The notes beneath the pieces were generated by a model that worked only from the letters and a program-made list of their open reading frames with translations, ran no database searches and was not told where the DNA came from. From positions 19,105 through 52,652 of the forward strand of contig PS015707.1 of assembly GCA_048213135.1 (NCBI GenBank): DNA of 33,548 nucleotides. Reading direction: 5' to 3'. The translations under genes were made by a program, and so were the position numbers. The stretch is from Reclinomonas americana ATCC 50394. Its lineage: Eukaryota. Positions 30,066 through 33,548 of the stretch are shown piece by piece. Every line of letters begins with the position of its first letter. The stretch's first letter is position 1.

Positions 30066-33000
30066 CTAGTGCTCGTGGCCGTGCCCACTATCGGGTGGCA
30101 GTGCACCTGCTTGTGCCGCGCGCAGCAAGCGGTGCACCTCGGCCAAGTGCGCCTGCAGCATAACAGCCACATCGCTCTTGATCTGCAACACGCGCAATCA
30201 GCATCCAGCAGAGAAAACAGACCTACTCTGCGTGCGTACCTGGGCGGCCACCGCGTCACTGACGGCTCGCAAACTAATGGCGCGCTGTGCACGCGCACGC
30301 CGCAACAACTCGTCCTCGTCCACAAACGCACCACCCTGCACGGCAAAGTCGTCGGCCGGCGATGCGAAACTGCGCTGTGGTGAAAGGACGGCCGGTGTCT
30401 CGGGGACCAACAACGGCATCTCCTCGGCTGATCGCCGGCGCGAGTGGCCCGCTTGAGAGGCGGCAGCTGGCGGTGCTGCGGTCGCACCCATTTGTGGATC
30501 GTAGTGGTGGTAGTGATGTACATCGTGCGACGGAGCAGCGGCGTGATGCACATCGAGATGCACATCGGCAGCTGCGGGAATTGGAGACATGAATGGAAGA
30601 GAGATGGGCATAGACGTGGGTAGGAACAGGACATATACACACCAGCAGCACTGGCCGTGTTGACAGTGCGCTCCTCTTCGGAAATGTCGGCCAGACGGCG
30701 GCGAATGTGGCGGATTTTGAGGATTTGCCGTGTGGTCTTGTCCTCGATTCGTTTCTGCGCTCACGCACGAGTTAGCAAAGCATTGCGACTGTGTGCATAC
30801 ACATCGGGGCAATGGATACCACGCACCGCGCCCTTCAAGTAGTACGGATCCTCGTCTTCCAAGTTTTCGGTCTCGCAACCAAACTTGTACGACTCCCAAC
30901 TGATTTGAATGAGGCGCGCGCACTCCTCGCGGTGTTGAGCCATGAGACGCCGTCGCTGCATCCAGAGAATGGAGTGCATCTCAAAGTCGTTCGGGCGCAT
31001 CTTGACGTGAATGTAGTCGATGAGGAAGGCGAAGAGGAAGAGACCCCACACGACCGACATCTGCGAGGTGGAGAAAAGAGAGAAATGAGTGCCGCGCGGA
31101 GGTGCGGTGCAAAGAGGGGAGGAGAGACCATGCATACGGCCTTGCCCATGGAGGTCTGCGGGATATAGACCGAGTACGCGTCGACAGGATAGCCGGTGGC
31201 CAGGCAGGTGAAAATCAACTGCGCGGAGCAATCACAGTGAGCGTGCTTGCTCAAGAAGAGGTGGAATATAGCACGCAACAAACAGCGATCCGGTAAAGTC
31301 AAACAGCATCGGCTGTGCCTCGCGCTCAAACACATACACGCAGTATGTGCCGAGCCTGTGACGCGCTCCAATGAGTGACTGCACGCACGTCTGCACAGTG
31401 CAGAAGAAGAGACGCAACAGGATGCCGATTGTCATCCACGACAGACAAAAGAGCACGGGATAGTCGTGGAAGAAGACACGGAGGGTGAGCGACACATTGA
31501 ATGTGGGTGCCAGCTGGTGCTTGAAGCCGGGGATGCGTCGCACGAGTCGGCGTTGCTGGTAGATCAGACTCGTGTCGCTGCAGGGAGGAGAGTGGGGGAA
31601 GGAGTGGGTGCGAGGTGGGAACAGGGGGAAGGAACAGGGGGAAAGAGCAGGGGGAAGGAACAGAGGAAATGGAGAGAGGGAAGGAACAGGGGGAAGGTGA
31701 AGGGGGAAGGAGAAGGGGGAAGGAACAGGGGGAAGGAACAGGGGGGGAAGGAACAGGGGGAAGGAACAGGGGGAAGAGCACGGGGGAAGGAACAGGGGGA
31801 ACGAAAAGGGGGAAGGAGAAGGGGAAAGGAGAAAGGGGGACGAACAGGGGGAAGGAACCGGGGGAAGGGGAAGGAGGGGAAAGAGGGAAGGAGAAGGGGG
31901 AAGGAACGGGCGGCCAGAGGCGAAAGTGTGACAGAGAAAATCCACGCGGCATGCATCACCCGCGACGTGTCACTCACCGCACGAGGAACAAAACAGTGAG
32001 CAAGCGTGGAATCATGGCCACCGTCAGCAGCTTGTCCGTGGCCACACCTGCAGCAGTGCCGTCTGTAAGTGAGCATCGCCTTACGGATGGCACACTGACC
32101 GGTGGAGGGAGTGTGCCTCACCAACATAGTCGACGGGATGTGGCAGAAAAATGAGAATCCAAATCCAAAACTGCGTGCGGAGAATACACGTCAGCTGCAC
32201 TCGCCGCGTGGTGCAGCAGTGCCTTCACCGACACCAAACCGTGTAGCGAGTGGTCGAGCGTGCCCACATGGCCCAGAAGCCCGGGTTGAGCTGGCGCAGA
32301 CGGGCCTTGCGATGCACGTTCTGAATCGTGTGCGGACCGACATGAATCATGGACTCGCGCCTGCAACAACGCGCTCACAGTCGGATGCCGAACAGCAAAC
32401 ACAGACGAAAATGAGCTGCTACAGAACGCAACAGCTCATTGATCTTGCGCTGCACATCGCTCTCGATCTTGGCGGCACGCGAGTCCTCGATCTTGTTCAC
32501 GATGCGCGTTCGGAAAAGATCCACCACTTGGATCACTGCACGCGGCACTCAGCTGCTGTACAGTGGGTACCAAGGGAGAACCACAAAGCAAAAACGCAAC
32601 GTGTAATCACAGTCAGCACCGAGTTGATAATCTTCAGCGTGCGACCCGCACTCGTCGGCAGCAACGAACTGCCGTTCCACTCCAGCTCCAGCTGCAGCAG
32701 CATGCAAGCAACAGTGAGTGTTCGATATGCGTCGAAATATGGCCGTCACAACTACACTACCAAGGCACTGCTGTGCTATTCCTCCTCCTCCTCCTCCTCC
32801 ACTTACACAACATGTAGTGTGCAAAGGCGGGAAGGAGAAACAAGCGACGAGAGTTGTTCGAACACGCGCCAACAAAAAAGATACCCGATTCTCTCTCCTT
32901 TATCTCTCTCCACTCTTTTGGAGTCACAGTGCTGGTACGCAACGACCACCACAGCAATGGCCAGAGAGAGCACAGAGGTGATTGTCAGCAGCACATCGCG

Positions 33001-33415
33001 CAGCATCACTCGGCGATCGCGTTGTTCGCCATTGACCTCCAGCGATCGAATGTTGAACCTGCAACAGCAGCATCTCTCGTGAGAGACAGACAGAGAGTGA
33101 GAGAGTGTGACAAAGAGTGAAGACGTGACTGTCGCGTGGAGCGCTCCACAGGTGCCAACATTGCTTTCAGAGGAACATCGCGTCCGGGCGAGGGTATCAA
33201 TGGAGGATGCACGTCTTCCAGTGCCTCCTCCGCCCAGTGTCGCTGTGCGCCAGAGGGTGGAGGAGAGGAGGCCACTGAGGGACCGGGTGACACACTGCTG
33301 CCTCCTCCTCCTCCTCCTCCATCATAACGCGACTGTGTGTCTTGTGTTGTCAGTTGCTGTGTGAAGAATAGGATGGGAGGCAAGAAGGCACAAAAAAAGG
33401 CGCAACGTCCATCAT
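30066..33415 (-). CDS. SK/KCNN-like (small-conductance Ca2+-activated K+ channel family) 6TM channel with atypical pore, multi-exon
   Basis: Joined exons parallel SK: TLKIINSVLTVI (S2), FLPHP (S3), AMIPRL (S4), FNVSLTLRVFFHDYP, YVFERE (S5), TCLATGYP..PQTSMGKAVC (pore), and KMRPNDFE..ARLIQISWESYK (CaM-binding region); ATG 33415, TAG 30066. Confidence 0.85.
31613..31910 (+). repeat. Degenerate purine-rich minisatellite, unit ~CAGGGGGAAGGAA (13 bp), inside a channel-gene intron
   Basis: About 20 imperfect copies visible; almost entirely G/A on the + strand. Confidence 0.92.
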
Positions 33416-33548
33416 GCGAGAGAGCAGCGAGGTGCGTTCGCCCTCGCGGTTGATGGAGACCACCCCGCGCGTGCGACGAGACATTTTTGTAAAGTTTTTG
33501 TTACAATATGACATGCAGGACTCATGTGTAAGGCGAAGGCTCCACCAA

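Noticed and set aside
31613-31910. Repeat as a CRISPR array or telomere
   Set aside because: No unique spacers, degenerate tandem units, eukaryotic intronic context, and not a recognised telomeric motif.
31232-32154. Pro/Phe-rich and Gly/Glu-rich ORFs
   Set aside because: Stop-free translations of the intronic purine minisatellite.
32102-33082. 326-aa + strand ORF (and other antisense ORFs such as 15996-16730 and 24030-24476)
   Set aside because: Antisense shadows of real genes in GC-rich DNA, with no recognisable motifs.

Overview
Eukaryotic (protist-like) genomic DNA from a draft scaffold with five N gaps. Genes are densely packed and split by many short (about 50-80 nt) spliceosomal introns, so most of the six-frame ORF track is fragmentary; gene models below were built by hand by joining exons at GT..AG sites. 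Left to right: (1) a truncated plus-strand beta-helix (GGA/FxxN repeat) fragment; (2) a ~8.7 kb minus-strand secreted Pmp-like beta-helix protein with glycine-rich loops; (3) a legume-type lectin; (4) VPS41; (5) a 7TM-RGS fusion; (6) an unknown multipass membrane protein; (7) GST zeta/maleylacetoacetate isomerase; (8) a bacterial-like GNAT acetyltransferase with a hydrophobic segment; (9) a long Pro-rich protein with PH and jelly-roll-like domains, broken by gaps; (10) a weak hypothetical ORF; (11) an SK/KCNN-like channel. Most striking: the channel's filter reads TGYPVD instead of SIGYGD, and a non-canonical 5' splice donor GTTGCG (no +5 G) recurs in about 20 inferred introns across most genes. 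No database searches were run; family calls rest on recognised motifs.
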